Source: Macrostomum hystrix
Taxonomy: Eukaryota; Animalia; Platyhelminthes
DNA: 64,000 nt
Assembly: GCA_950097015.1 (NCBI GenBank)
Contig: CATNEN010000001.1
Span: 7,936,001-8,000,000, forward strand
Reading direction: 5' to 3'
Below are positions 24,563 to 38,011 of this stretch, piece by piece (within the stretch, counting starts at the first letter, position 1; every line of letters begins with the position of its first letter). Position numbers and translations under genes: made by a program. Below the pieces are notes generated by a model. The model was not told the DNA's origin. It worked only from the letters and a program-made list of their open reading frames with translations, and did no database searches.

Positions 24563-25386
24563 ACTGCCTTCTTTCCCATAGCTTCCGAACCGAGTGACCT
24601 ATTTTCGTGAAAGTCCATCATTTGGATAATCAAATTTTCCTCCCTTTACGTTGAGCTAACTTTCAAAGTTGGTTCAAATATAAAAAAGTAACAAAATTTT
24701 GTGAACAGACAACCAATGCTTTGTGATTCTGGAATATTTTGGGAGATGCAGAAAAAAAGTTGGCTTCTGTGTTCTTTCTACTGTTAAAGCTATACAATGA
24801 GGTCTCGGGTATTGGAAACATTTAAACAATTCTACAGTGTTCAGTAAAACCTATCCAAGGCCTGGAACAATTCCATAAACCCACGCAGAGCTTTGCACAA
24901 AAGACGCATACAAAAATGTTATTAGAGACTTGCTATAGCAACTTCTGTAAAATACGACAACAGGCCGACACCAAAGCGACAAAATACACTCGACATAGCT
25001 AGCAACTGACTGCCAATGATATTCAAAGATGGAGGTGAGCCAACAACTACGCAGCTGCCCAAGAATGCTCCAAGTCAAACAGCACTAGACAGGTTTGTGT
25101 TGGCCAAAGCCTAGCCGAGCGTTTTACAATCAGCAAATATTTTTATGGTCAACATCTTCTTTTTAGTCGCTTTTTTCTATATGCCATTCTGCTTTGGGAT
25201 CCTTACTAGAAAGGAATTAGCAGACGAAAGGCTAAAATGAATTCGACAATTTACAACGACAAATTTCCAATCTTGTCTAACTTTGCCAACAGACTAATCG
25301 TGTGTAAATCCTGAACAAGCAAATGCAAAGCTAGTGCCTGACATTCAGAAAACTCTGCTTTGAACTGCTGCTGATGCTGAGTAATA

Positions 25387-26040
25387 ATGTTCCTACTCGT
25401 GACTGCTCATGTTCCTACTCGTGACTGCTCATCTTCCTACTCGTGACTGCTCATATTCCTACTCGTGACTGCTCATCTTCCTACTCGTGACTGCTCATAT
25501 TCCTACTCGTGACTGCTCATGTTCCTACTCGTGACTGCTCATATTCCTACTCGTGACTGTTCATGTTCCTACTCGTGACTGCTCATCTTCCTACTCGTGA
25601 CTGCTCATATTCCTACTCGTGACTGTTCATGTTCCTACTCGTGACTGCTCATGTTCCTACTCGTGACTGTTCATGTTCCTACTCGTGACTGCTCATGTTC
25701 CTACTCGTGACTGCTCATCTTCCTACTCGTGACTGCTCATCTTCCTACTCGTGACTGCTCATATTCCTACTCGTGACTGCTCATATTCCTACTCGTGACT
25801 GTTCATGTTCCTACTCGTGACTGCTCATGTTCCTACTCGTGACTGCTCATGTTCCTACTCGTGACTGCTCATCTTCCTACTCGTGACTGCTCATATTCCT
25901 ACAAATGACTGCTCATATTCCTACTAATGACTGCTCATATTCATACGAATGACTGCTCATGTTCCTACTCGGACTGCTCATATTCATACTAATGACTGAT
26001 CATGTTCCTACTCGTGACTGCTTATATTGCTCGTGATTGC
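25387..26040 (+). repeat. 22-bp minisatellite (ttcctactcgtgactgctcatg)n
   Basis: Read directly. Confidence 0.95.
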
Positions 26041-29000
26041 TCATGTTCCTACTGCAGCCAATGATGATTGCTCATGTTCCTACTGCAGCCAATGATGATT
26101 GCTCATGTTCCTACTGCAGCCAATGATGATTGCTCATGTTCCTACTGCAGCTAATGATGATTGCTCATGTTCCTACTGCAGCTAATGATGATTGCTCATG
26201 TTCCTACTGCAGCCAATGATGATTGCTCATGTTCCTACTGCAGCCAATGATGATTGCTCATGTTCCTACTGCAGCCAATGATGATTGCTCATGTTCCTAC
26301 TGCAGCTAATGATGATTGCTCATGTTCCTACTGCAGCTAATGATGATTGCTCATGTTCCTACTGCAGCTAATGATGATTGCTCATGTTCCTACTGCAGCC
26401 AATGATGATTGCTCATGTTCCTACTGCAGCTAATGATGATTGCTCATGTTCCTACTGCAGCCAATGATGATTGCTCATGTTCCTACTGCAGCCAATGATG
26501 ATTGCTCATGTTCCTACTGCAGCTAATGATGATTGCTCATGTTCCTACTGCAGCCAATGATGATTGCTCATGTTCCTACTGCAGCTAATGATGATTGCTC
26601 ATGTTCCTACTGCAGCTAATGATGATTGCTCATGTTCCTACTGCAGCTAATGATGATTGCTCATGTTCCTACTGCAGCCAATGATGATTGCTCATGTTCC
26701 TACTGCAGCCAATGATGATTGCTCATGTTCCTACTGCAGCTAATGATGATTGCTCATGTTCCTACTGCAGCTAATGATGATTGCTCATGTTCCTACTGCA
26801 GCCAATGATGATTGCTCATGTTCCTACTGCAGCTAATGATGATTGCTCATGTTCCTACTGCAGCCAATGATGATTGCTCATGTTCCTACTGCAGCTAATG
26901 ATGATTGCTCATGTTCCTACTGCAGCCAATGATGATTGCTCATGTTCCTACTGCAGCTAATGATGATTGCTCATGTTCCTACTGCAGCTAATGATGATTG
27001 CTCATGTTCCTACTGCAGCCAATGATGATTGCTCATGTTCCTACTGCAGCTAATGATGATTGCTCATGTTCCTACTGCAGCTAATGATGATTGCTCATGT
27101 TCCTACTGCAGCCAATGATGATTGCTCATGTTCCTACTGCAGCTAATGATGATTGCTCATGTTCCTACTGCAGCCAATGATGATTGCTCATGTTCCTACT
27201 GCAGCTAATGATGATTGCTCATGTTCCTACTGCAGCTAATGATGATTGCTCATGTTCCTACTGCAGCCAATGATGATTGCTCATGTTCCTACTGCAGCCA
27301 ATGATGATTGCTCATGTTCCTACTGCAGCTAATGATGATTGCTCATGTTCCTACTGCAGCCAATGATGATTGCTCATGTTCCTACTGCAGCCAATGATGA
27401 TTGCTCATGTTCCTACTGCAGCCAATGATGATTGCTCATGTTCCTACTGCAGCCAATGATGATTGCTCATGTTCCTACTGCAGCTAATGATGATTGCTCA
27501 TGTTCCTACTGCAGCTAATGATGATTGCTCATGTTCCTACTGCAGCCAATGATGATTGCTCATGTTCCTACTGCAGCTAATGATGATTGCTCATGTTCCT
27601 ACTGCAGCTAATGATGATTGCTCATGTTCCTACTGCAGCCAATGATGATTGCTCATGTTCCTACTGCAGCTAATGATGATTGCTCATGTTCCTACTGCAG
27701 CTAATGATGATTGCTCATGTTCCTACTGCAGCCAATGATGATTGCTCATGTTCCTACTGCAGCCAATGATGATTGCTCATGTTCCTACTGCAGCTAATGA
27801 TGATTGCTCATGTTCCTACTGCAGCTAATGATGATTGCTCATGTTCCTACTGCAGCCAATGATGATTGCTCATGTTCCTACTGCAGCCAATGATGATTGC
27901 TCATGTTCCTACTGCAGCCAATGATGATTGCTCATGTTCCTACTGCAGCTAATGATGATTGCTCATGTTCCTACTGCAGCCAATGATGATTGCTCATGTT
28001 CCTACTGCAGCTAATGATGATTGCTCATGTTCCTACTGCAGCCAATGATGATTGCTCATGTTCCCACTGCAGCTAATGATGATTGCTCATGTTCCTACTG
28101 CAGCCAATGATGATTGCTCATGTTCCTACTGCAGCCAATGATGATTGCTCATGTTCCTACTGCAGCCAATGATGATTGCTCATGTTCCTACTGCAGCTAA
28201 TGATGATTGCTCATGTTCCTACTGCAGCTAATGATGATTGCTCATGTTCCTACTGCAGCTAATGATGATTGCTCATGTTCCTACTGCAGCCAATGATGAT
28301 TGCTCATGTTCCTACTGCAGCCAATGATGATTGCTCATGTTCCTACTGCAGCCAATGATGATTGCTCATGTTCCTACTGCAGCTAATGATGATTGCTCAT
28401 GTTCCTACTGCAGCCAATGATGATTGCTCATGTTCCTACTGCAGCTAATGATGATTGCTCATGTTCCTACTGCAGCCAATGATGATTGCTCATGTTCCCA
28501 CTGCAGCTAATGATGATTGCTCATGTTCCTACTGCAGCCAATGATGATTGCTCATGTTCCTACTGCAGCCAATGATGATTGCTCATGTTCCTACTGCAGC
28601 CAATGATGATTGCTCATGTTCCTACTGCAGCTAATGATGATTGCTCATGTTCCTACTGCAGCCAATGATGATTGCTCATGTTCCTACTGCAGCCAATGAT
28701 GATTGCTCATGTTCCTACTGCAGCTAATGATGATTGCTCATGTTCCTACTGCAGCCAATGATGATTGCTCATGTTCCTACTGCAGCCAATGATGATTGCT
28801 CATGTTCCTACTGCAGCCAATGATGATTGCTCATGTTCCTACTGCAGCTAATGATGATTGCTCATGTTCCTACTGCAGCCAATGATGATTGCTCATGTTC
28901 CTACTGCAGCTAATGATGATTGCTCATGTTCCTACTGCAGCCAATGATGATTGCTCATGTTCCTACTGCAGCCAATGATGATTGCTCATGTTCCTACTGC

Positions 29001-29175
29001 AGCCAATGATGATTGCTCATGTTCCTACTGCAGCTAATGATGATTGCTCATGTTCCTACTGCAGCTAATGATGATTGCTCATGTTCCTACTGCAGCTAAT
29101 GATGATTGCTCATGTTCCTACTGCAGCTAATGATGATTGCTCATGTTCCTACTGCAGCTAATGATGATTGCTCAT
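26040..29175 (+). repeat. 31-bp minisatellite (ctcatgttcctactgcagcYaatgatgattg)n, about 100 copies
   Basis: Read directly; nearly all variation is at one C/T site. Confidence 0.97.
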
Positions 29176-30774
29176 ATAAATTCATAAAGACGGAAACATA
29201 TTCCTAAGGTCAGTATTTGTTATGCTTTTTCAAACACAGTTTTACTGCTCAAAGTTCGCTAGCAGGACTTGCAGTTTGTATTAGCTGATTAAAATGAGAC
29301 GCGATGCGTACTAAAGCCAGCAAACGCGTCAACAAATAGATTTTAATAATTTTAGTTTTTATAGAATTTCTGCACAGTTACCTATCATTCGGGTGCTGCT
29401 TGCGGGTCCGGGCAAGTGTCTCTGATCCAGGTAACAAAAAACTACTGTTAGTAGTAAGCGGCTAAGAATTTGAACGTAACATTTTTGTCAGTTATACTCG
29501 GTAAAGTAATGAAAAAAGGAACAGAAGACAACAGCAAAGATGAACGATAGGCTAGGCTGATGGCGAGCGAGAAGAGAAATAAAAAACACACAAACACTTT
29601 TATAGAGTAGGGCAAAGCAAATAATAATTAATTAATACAAACAGGGCGCGTGGATTCAAGTGACGAATATTAAGATGTAATTCAACAGCTTGTTTCAGCC
29701 AGTTATTTTCAGTGAACCGAGCGATCGTAAGTTCTTAATCTGCTTGTTTAGCAACAACGAAAGGAAAGCTTAACAAAATTTACAGATGCATGGAGACCAC
29801 TGGGAATAGTTGTTATCCAGGCTATGCAGAAAAAACACACTGCCAGTAGATTCCAATGTCTCGGTTGTCATTTCCTTTTGTAATATAAAATAAGAGCGCC
29901 GAACTTCACTCGGTTGAGAAAAAAAGAACACAAAGGTAATGAATGAGCTTACACTAAGACGGAGACAGGTTCAGTAAAAAATGTAATAGTAGCAATAGTA
30001 AAGCATTACAGAATTCAATAAATATAACAGCAAATTAAACATTAAATGGGGCTTTGCAAAATGACAACACGCGGAACACAGAAAATGTGTTAGCAATTAT
30101 AGTAGTTTTAAATATAGTGAAGCATTTTCCTTAATCAGTAATTGTTTGATTATATTATTCAACAGAAGGGTGTGCCAAAAATTGTGCGCCAATAATAAGA
30201 GAAAGAACACATTTACACATGCTACTTCTAAATAAACTACTAAGTAAGTAATATATAGACGAAGTAGAAAAATTGACAAACAAAGGAAAACAAATAAACA
30301 GGCCAATATGTGTGTGTATGGTGTGGGTCTGCTGTGCAAACTATAAGTTCTGTTGCTGAACGACCAAACTGCCAGGCGATCTATATTTGCGTTCAAACTC
30401 ATTTTTGAAAGTTTCTACTAAACACTCGACAATGCCTCTGCAACTGTATAACAATAGAAAGTAGTGCAATTATAATAGACAGCAAAGCGAGATGAGACAC
30501 CAACTGGGGCTATTAACCACGGCTTTGATTCACTGAAATCTAATATTGTTTTCCGAGCCTCAGACCGACAAATTCGAGCACAAAAAAAGTCTAAATTTTT
30601 ATTTAATTTACGTAGATTTTTTTACTTATACTACTCACTCGACTAAGTAAGTAGTATGGTAAGTAGAAAGTGAAAACATTATTAGAAGAAAAACTTAGTT
30701 ATGTGCTCAAAAAAGCGTCAAAATGGTTTCGAATTGAAACTGATCTGTCTTAACTACCGCGCGCAGACTTTTGT

Positions 30775-31251
30775 TCAATAATTTGTGCCCCAGAATCCTG
30801 GCTGACCTTTCGGCTTCAGACTCTTCATCGGATCGCCGGCACCAGCGCCCCCGCCGCCCATGTGACCAGGCGGGGGAGGCGGCGGCAGCAGCTGCTGGTG
30901 CGTCAGCAGCGATGGCGGCGGCACAGACATCATGCCGGTGACGGATGGCGGCTGCTGCTGCTGCTGCTGCTGAGGAGCATAGTACCCAGCCATTGGACCA
31001 GCCATGCCGTGGTGGCTAGGCGCTTTGTGATGGTGATACATTGGGCCACCGCCCTGCTGCTGCTGCTGCTGATGGTGCTGGTTCTGATGCTGGTGCTGCT
31101 GGGGTACAACGGATTTAGGCGGTCCACCAGACTGCTGATGCTGCTGCTGCTGCAGTTTGGCAGCCTGATTATAGTCGTCTGGTCCCACATTCTGTGACTG
31201 ATCGTAGCTGTTAGCTGAGCCGTAGCCAAAGGCGCTAGCCTTGGATGTCAC
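30775..31251 (-). CDS. UBAP2L: UBAP2/UBAP2L (lingerer)-like, last coding exon
   Basis: Acceptor ttggcag|GTG (phase 0); Q/H/P-rich; ends KGQPGFWGTNY*, like the aromatic WGxN tail of UBAP2L/lingerer. Confidence 0.75.
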   Translation of the reverse strand: MTSKASAFGYGSANSYDQSQNVGPDDYNQAAKLQQQQHQQSGGPPKSVVPQQHQHQNQHHQQQQQQGGGPMYHHHKAPSHHGMAGPMAGYYAPQQQQQQQPPSVTGMMSVPPPSLLTHQQLLPPPPPPGHMGGGGAGAGDPMKSLKPKGQPGFWGTNY

Positions 31252-31836
31252 CTGCCAAGTTAAAAAATAAGTACCTTTAGGTTTTTACATTAGATTTTTC
31301 GATACATATCGGCAAGCAATATTTTACTAGAAATTTACAGACAGCTTAACATAGATTATTTTCCAGATTTTAACCGATCTGATCTGATCATCTAATGAAT
31401 GAAAAAAAGAATCTATCTTTCATAAAGGCGCGCATAGTGTAAGGAACTAAAACGCTAAACTAGATTTTCTATACATATCGGATCGGCAAAGAATAACAAC
31501 AAAAAATTGCAACAGAGAACGATCACAATTCTGAAACAGAAAATTAACACTACTATACCTATGCTAAATACTAAAATTAGTGTTTAAAACAAAACTTTCT
31601 GCGTTATTAAGGCTTAAAAACACAAACAGAAAAAATCAATTGCATTAGATCTCAGAGCTGAGACAAAGAGTGTAAAGAGGACGGAAAAAAAGCTGATTAA
31701 AATAGTTTGCTACAGTTGATGAGGCTTCGCCGATATGTATTGAAAAGTAGGAAACAGCTATGTGCATCAGTAGTATTTGCCAGAAATTAAAAATAATATA
31801 GAGTAAAAATGAGAATAATTTACAAACAATACTTAC

Positions 31837-31845
31837 CATTTGAAC
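31837..31845 (-). CDS. Candidate 9-nt microexon (Val-Gln-Met) of the UBAP2L-like gene
   Basis: Minus strand: TACTAAC (31899-31893) ... ttttaccaacag|GTTCAAATG|gtaagt; frame-preserving between two phase-0 junctions. Confidence 0.6.
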
Positions 31846-32181
31846 CTGTTGGTAAAATATAATGTAAAGGTTGACGTAATAGCGTGGTAGGCGTTAGTAA
31901 CTATTTAATGTTTATTAATTCAGTTTTATCGTGCAAGAACTATGGCATAGCATGCGCCATTTAACTATATAGACAATAATAAAAGGTTAACAGTAAAAGT
32001 AAAACTTTTAAAATATTAAACATAAGCATTTTCAAACGAGATCTCAATTTTAATAACATACAATTAGCATCTTTTCGTTTGTGCCCTATATTGGACAAAG
32101 TGTATAGGTTGGTTATACCTGCTAATTACTAGGAGCTTTAGATTTGTCATAGCCCATATGTTAGCAGCTCATTGGGTTAGT

Positions 32182-32512
32182 AATAATTGCAGGAGGGCTG
32201 CGGGCAATGGCACATCATTTTGGTGACACTAGACCCGCAGCCAGCGAGGAGGCAATTCTGCCCATTTCGCTGACTCCTGAGCACACACACACAGATACTG
32301 TACGCAGGCACACGCTCACACAGGTGTGTACATCTGCCCTGACTTTCTCATCGTCAGGCAGTGTACACTCTCACTGGGCCTTGTGGGCTGGCCATCAAGG
32401 GCGTAAATTGCACGACAAGCCGCCAAGACTTCCCTCCGCGGCTGCGCCCTAAATTAATGTGGCCTCGCCGCGGAATCGAGCTCAGGGACCTTGGTTTAAG
32501 AGGCAAACGCGT
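32182..32512 (-). mobile_element. tRNA-derived SINE copy, slightly 5'-truncated, in a UBAP2L intron
   Basis: Closely similar to 24228-24562. Confidence 0.8.
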
Positions 32513-32629
32513 TCATTAGATTGGTCATAGACACTATTTTGGCAGATCAGTAGATTGGTCACGACCCTTACTTGCCGAAACTACGATTAAACATGCTTCC
32601 CGTAACACAAGCCAATTCAATTGTCTCAC

Positions 32630-33889
32630 CTGAGTTGGTACCAGCAGCTGATGTGGCTGATGCTGCGGCGGCGGACTAGTGAACTGTTGATAGAATTGCG
32701 GATAAAGCCAGGGCGGAGTTGCCAGAGAAGAAGCGACGGCAGCAGCGGCAGCGGCCGCAGCGGCGGATTCCTGACTACCGGGCTTGCGATCCTGCTGCTG
32801 TTGATAAAGCTTCTCAGTGGCATCGGCCAGCATCTGACGTTGAACAGCCAGGATGTTGTTCAAATAGGTCTGCACTGGCTCCTGGCTCCAGTCCTGCTGC
32901 TGCTGCGGCTGCTGCTGCTGTTGCTGGGACATTGGCGGATAGGAAATCCCGCCGCCAGCTTGCAGACCAGGCGGCGGCTGCTTCTGCTGAATCATGCCGG
33001 AACTGTTGTTAGTATTGGCCTGCTGCATTGAATACTGATGCTGCTGCTGCAGTTGCTGCTGCTTAGCGAATGCATCATTGGGATCAGCACCTGATCCGTA
33101 GATACCACCAGATGCTGCTGCGTTGCTGTGTGCTTGCTGTTGCTGCTGTTGCTGATGATGATTCTGCGGCAGAGGAAAACCGGGAGGCAAAACTGGCGGT
33201 CCGCGAGAACCAACAACACCTGGCTGTTGCTGCTGAGAGAACACCTGAGCCTGCTGCTGCTGCTGTTGCTGTTGCTGTTTTGAGACACCAGCGGAAGCGG
33301 CAAAAGGCGATCCACCGCGCTGCTGATGCTGCATCGAGGACTGAGGAAGCTGCTGCTGATGCTGCTGCTGCTGCTGCTGCTGGTAGACAGGGTGTCTGTT
33401 AATTAGAGAAGGTGCTTGCTGCTGATGCTGCGAAACAGAACTGTCCATTGAAACAGGCGGGATAGAGGATGCGGTGGTTGAAGTTGGAGGAATAATCGCC
33501 TGCTGTTGTTGAGGCTGTGGCAAAGGCGATCTAGACGGTTGCGGCTGCTGCTGAGAGGAGGAGGAATTCAAATTCTGAGTTTGCTGCGACTCCACAGAGG
33601 TTATGAGCAGTGCCGCGGCGGCTTCGGCGACGCTATCAACGGTGCCAGCAGACAACACCATCGACTGCTGTGGCTGTGGCAAAGAGGACGCAGGCGGTGG
33701 AGGCGGAGGCGGCGGACTCGATGGTGGAGAGAAACCAAATCGAAGGCCAAGCGCAGAGCCTTGGGTGCAGACTGGGGGCACCATTTCAACTGGTCGACGA
33801 GGTCTTTCGCACGGCGGCGGCGTTTTTGATCTAGCCAATTGCTGCGGCCTGGCAACGGAAGCAGCTGGCTGCTGCTGCTGCTGCCCAAT
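32630..33889 (-). CDS. UBAP2L: UBAP2/UBAP2L (lingerer)-like, coding exon 3
   Basis: ttgcag|ATT...CAG|gtgaga, phase 0/0. RRPVEMVPP...LGLRFG resembles the conserved AVEMP...LxxQFG motif; polyQ low-complexity region. Confidence 0.8.
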
Positions 33890-33934
33890 CTGCAAGTATT
33901 AACGGCTTAGATAATAAGTGACAATGCCTACCGA

Positions 33935-34795
33935 CCAATCCGAGACACCCACTTGCCTAATGATCAACCTGAGACATCATCAACTTGCCTAATGACCAAC
34001 CTGAGACATCATCCACGTGCCTAATGACCAACCTGAGACATCATCCACTTGCCTAATGACCAACCCGAGACATCCACTTGCCTAATGACCAACCCGAGAC
34101 ATCCACTTGCCTAACGATCAACCCGAGACATCCACTTGCCTAATGACCAACCCGAGACATCCACTTGCCTAATGACCAACCCGAGACATCCACTTGCCTA
34201 ATGACCAATCCGAGACATCCACTTGCCTAATGACCAACCCGAGACATCCACTTCCCTAACGATCAACCCGAGACATCCACTGGCCTAACGATCAACCCGA
34301 GACATCCACTTGCCTAATGACCAACCCGAGACATCCACTTGCCTAATGACCAACCTGAGACATCCACTTGCCTAATGAGCAACCCGAGACATCCACTTCC
34401 CTAACGATCAACCCGAGACATCCACTGGCCTAACGATCAACCCGAGACATCCACTTGCCTAATGACCAACCCGAGACATCCACTTGCCTAATGACCAACC
34501 TGAGACATCCACTTGCCTAATGACCAACCCGAGACATCCACTTGCCTAATGACCAACCCGAGACATCCACTTGCCTAATGACCAACCTGAGACATCCACT
34601 TGCCTAATGACCAACCCGAGACATCCACTTGCCTAATGACCAACCTGAGACATCCACTTGCCTAATGACCAACCTGAGACATCATCGACTTGCCTAATGA
34701 CCAACCCGAGACATCCACTTGCCTAACGATCAACCCGAGACATCCACTTGCCTAATGACCAACCCGAGACATCCACTTGCCTAATGATCAATTTA
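33935..34795 (+). repeat. 29-bp minisatellite (cacttgcctaatgaccaacccgagacatc)n filling UBAP2L intron 2
   Basis: Read directly. Confidence 0.95.
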
Positions 34796-34849
34796 AGACA
34801 TCGACTCCCAAAAATGACCAACAACCCGAACTCTGAGCCCATCACTCAC

Positions 34850-35057
34850 CCTGAGCGTAGTCTTGAGTTCCTCCGTGGCCAGCTTATTATAAGCAGCCAG
34901 GCTGTTGCTGTAGCTGCTCTCCGGAGCTTGCGGATAGAGCTGAGACTGCTGTCGGTTGACATCGGAATCGGAAGCTTCGGCTGACGAAGCGCCAGACTGC
35001 AGCGATTTGCTGTCTGGCTTGCTTTGAGACGATGGGCCGTTGTTGTCGTTCTGTTTT
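34850..35057 (-). CDS. UBAP2L: UBAP2/UBAP2L (lingerer)-like, coding exon 2
   Basis: cttcag|A...AGG|gtgagt. In the phase-2 frame it reads KQNDNNGPSSQ...YNKLATEELKTTLR and joins IGQ of exon 3; this is not the frame shown in the ORF track. Confidence 0.7.
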
Positions 35058-35115
35058 CTGAAGACAAACAGATTTTTTTTTAAATTCGCTTAATTCGCTT
35101 AGAGACGATAAGGGT

Positions 35116-35260
35116 TTAACCTGATGATCAGGGATTAACTTGATGATCAGGGATTAACTTGATGATCAGGGATTAACCTGATGATAAGGGATTAACCTGA
35201 TGATAAGGGATTAATCTGATAACAAGAGATTAACCTGATTATCAGGGATTAACGTGATTA
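35116..35260 (+). repeat. 19-bp minisatellite (ttaacctgatgatcaggga)n in UBAP2L intron 1
   Basis: Read directly. Confidence 0.85.
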
Positions 35261-35501
35261 TGTAAAAATAATGATTAGAAGTAACTTGAGACCTGGGGAT
35301 TAATTGACCGACTTGGTGTAAAGTAGATGATGTAAAATTGAGTAAAGATAAGGCATTGAATAGATTATCTGGGATTAACTACTCGTAGATAAACTCTATC
35401 AGACAATTTGATCTGATCTGATCTTTAATGAGTAAAGAAGTTATAATATAATGTCACAGTTACAAAAGCCTGGTCAATTAAAGAAAACTCCTTAAACGTA
35501 C

Positions 35502-36427
35502 TTTTCGTTTAGACTAGAATTAGTGAAGACTTTCGGTTCGCCATTCCAGGCGTCGGATTCTGGCTCCCAGGTCGTTTCTCGGGGCAGCTCCGAGGCAGCG
35601 GCTGCGACAGTAGTTCCGGCGTCCTCGCTGTCAGGGCCGCGATGTTCGCGTTGACCACCGGCGCGACGTCCGGCGCTATTGCGACCACCGCCACCCCCTC
35701 CACGCTTGTTCCTAGCCGATGATCGACCGAATCCGCCGCCAGCTCGATCCTCAGCGGTGTGGCCCGCATCGTCGGCGACTTCGCGGCGAACGCCGCCGCT
35801 GCCAAATCCGCGACCTGATTGGCGATCCGGACGCTGGCGACGAGCGGCGGACATATCGGCGACGCCTTTCGCCGACCTCGCCTGCTGATCGTCGAATCCG
35901 AAATCAGTCGACGCCGTCTGCTGGGACACCGGCAACTGCTGCTGCTGCTGCCCCTTGACCTTCTTCTTGGGCTTCACAGTCCAGCCGGGAACGCCGACGC
36001 TATCGGCTGATGGAGTCGCTGACGACAGCTTCGGAGCAGCCTCGCTGCCAGCGCCGCCGGTGACTCCGCCGCCGGAGCCAGGTCCGCCAACACCGGAGCT
36101 CAGATTGCGCTGATCCAACTGTTCGAACAACTGTTCGGCCGCCTTTTCAACATCGTCGTCAGCGTCGTGAAGCGCGATGGCAGCTAGCTCGGCGTCGCAA
36201 CCGCTTATCTCCATTAGTTGCGTTACTTTGCGCCGAAACTCGGGATCAACGCCTTCCAGTCCAGGCGGAGCAGACAAAGTGGCAGCAGCGGAGGCAGCAG
36301 TGGTGGAATGCTGCTGCTGTTGCTGGCCACCATTGCGGCGATTTCGTCCGCCAGTAGAGGCAGACTGCTGCTGGCGCCATTTGGGTCCACTGTGACCACT
36401 GGCACCATTAGTCTGAATGTCAGTCAT
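35502..36427 (-). CDS. UBAP2L: UBAP2/UBAP2L (lingerer)-like, first coding exon with UBA-like domain
   Basis: ATG just after an acceptor (ctgcag|ctATG). KVTQLMEISGCDAELAAIALHDADDDVEKAAEQLFE (UBA-like), WTVKPKKK, RG-rich stretch, WNGEPKVFTNS; donor AA|gtacgt. The four exons total 2871 nt, 956 aa. Confidence 0.8.
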
Positions 36428-37055
36428 AGCTGCAGTGTGCAAGGTAATGATAGTTAATTATGTATTAGCAATTTCTAAACATTTATTAGATCTATTATAT
36501 GTTGGCAAAAGTGAACCCTAAACCCTTAAAACTTAAGTTCTATACTCAAATGAACTATCCTGAGATTTAAATGGCCCCAATTCATAACATTAATAGCAAA
36601 TTCTTTACTTTCAAAATTGATGCATTATGTATTCATAAACTTGCAATCTATTAATCACTTTTGCAAAACACTCAGCAGTAATGCATTGGTACTTAATTTT
36701 TTATAATTAACACATTTTATAATTATATAAGCCAAATAGCTAAAAATATTGAAATTTGAATTTTTAACACCAGACTGGAATTCATGGCTTAGATATATAT
36801 ATATAATAAATGATTTTGGATTAGCAGTGCCACTGTTACATACTGAATCATGTTGCATGCACCAGAAATTTCTAGCACAGATTCAGAAGCTAAGCTAAGC
36901 CAAAGCTAAGGTGGGGTCAGGGGGGAATAACTAATGGTTTTCTATTGGATAACTTGGGTGGTTGATGTGAGGTTGGTAGCTACCTTGGGTCTAGCAATAG
37001 TTTTTTAGCAGTCAGGCTACTCTATTTTAAATCCAAAGAAAAAAAAATGGTTTCC

Positions 37056-38011
37056 GGGTGGTTCTCACAGAGTTGCCACTTTTAGTGTCCAAAGTGTTTT
37101 TTTGCCAATTTTGATTGTTTTTTCATCTATTACTGCAGTATATTATATAAGCTACAGTAAAAAGTGGTTTAAAGCAGTTTTTAACACTTCATTGACAAAT
37201 TCATCATTCTTCATTCAAATTCTTCATTCATCACTCATCGGATCTACGATTTTGAGGGCTGTAGATCCGATGAGTAAAACTGCTATTAAATGCAAATATT
37301 AAGGAATCCATTGGGGCTAGAATAAAGTGCCATATGTCATTAGAGACATCTATGTACCCTTCATAATATGATATAGCATTTGCGGTTTTACAGAATACAC
37401 ATCCTGAGAATTTTACATTTCCCCGACGTAGATCCGATGAGTCAAATTGCTTACTCAAAAAAATCGGTTTTTTACATTTTAGTTTTTCGGTAGTTGAATA
37501 GAGATAGTATGTAGTGTGCCTATAGTTTTATGAAAGCACATAAATATATATTTTGTTTGCAAGAGGATTTAGCACTGAATATGCTACCTCTAATTTTTTA
37601 CTGACGAATTTAGGTCAAGAGGTCTGACGTAGATCCGATGAGTTAAGTTTTGTGAGACACTTATAAAAGCCACAAAGTAAGTAGATATAGCTGAATTATA
37701 ATAGAAATTATGTTTCCTAATGCTTATTTTAGTTATATATTGCCATATAAAAGAACAACGACATCTTGAACACAAACGCTTTTGACAAGGGAAAGTCTTA
37801 ATCTTTGACTAACATGTGTGAGACACGGTGCTTTTACAGACTTTCATGATTTCTATAACATGGAATTTATAACAAAGCTTTAGTGCCCCACATAGGGAAA
37901 CATCAATAGAACACAAATGGTTCAACAGGACAGCTTCAAATTACATTATAAAATATATTTTTTGAAAAGACACGTTTTTTCAGTACTGTGGCAATCCCGT
38001 GAGAATCACCC
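37056..38011. mobile_element. Non-autonomous TIR DNA transposon, Sola2-like
   Basis: 24-bp imperfect TIRs gggtggttctcacagagttgccac / gtggcaatcccgtgagaatcaccc; 4-bp TSD ttcc on both sides; GRG termini with a 4-bp TSD fit Sola2. Four internal copies of gtagatccgatgagt. Confidence 0.75.

Noticed and set aside
26040-29175. CRISPR-like regular 31-bp periodicity
   Set aside because: Head-to-tail units with no unique spacers, no cas genes and a eukaryotic context.
37258-37275. Partial match to miR-10 (ctgtagatccga) in a Hox-containing window
   Set aside because: The seed and 3' end do not match, and the motif is repeated four times inside a TIR element.
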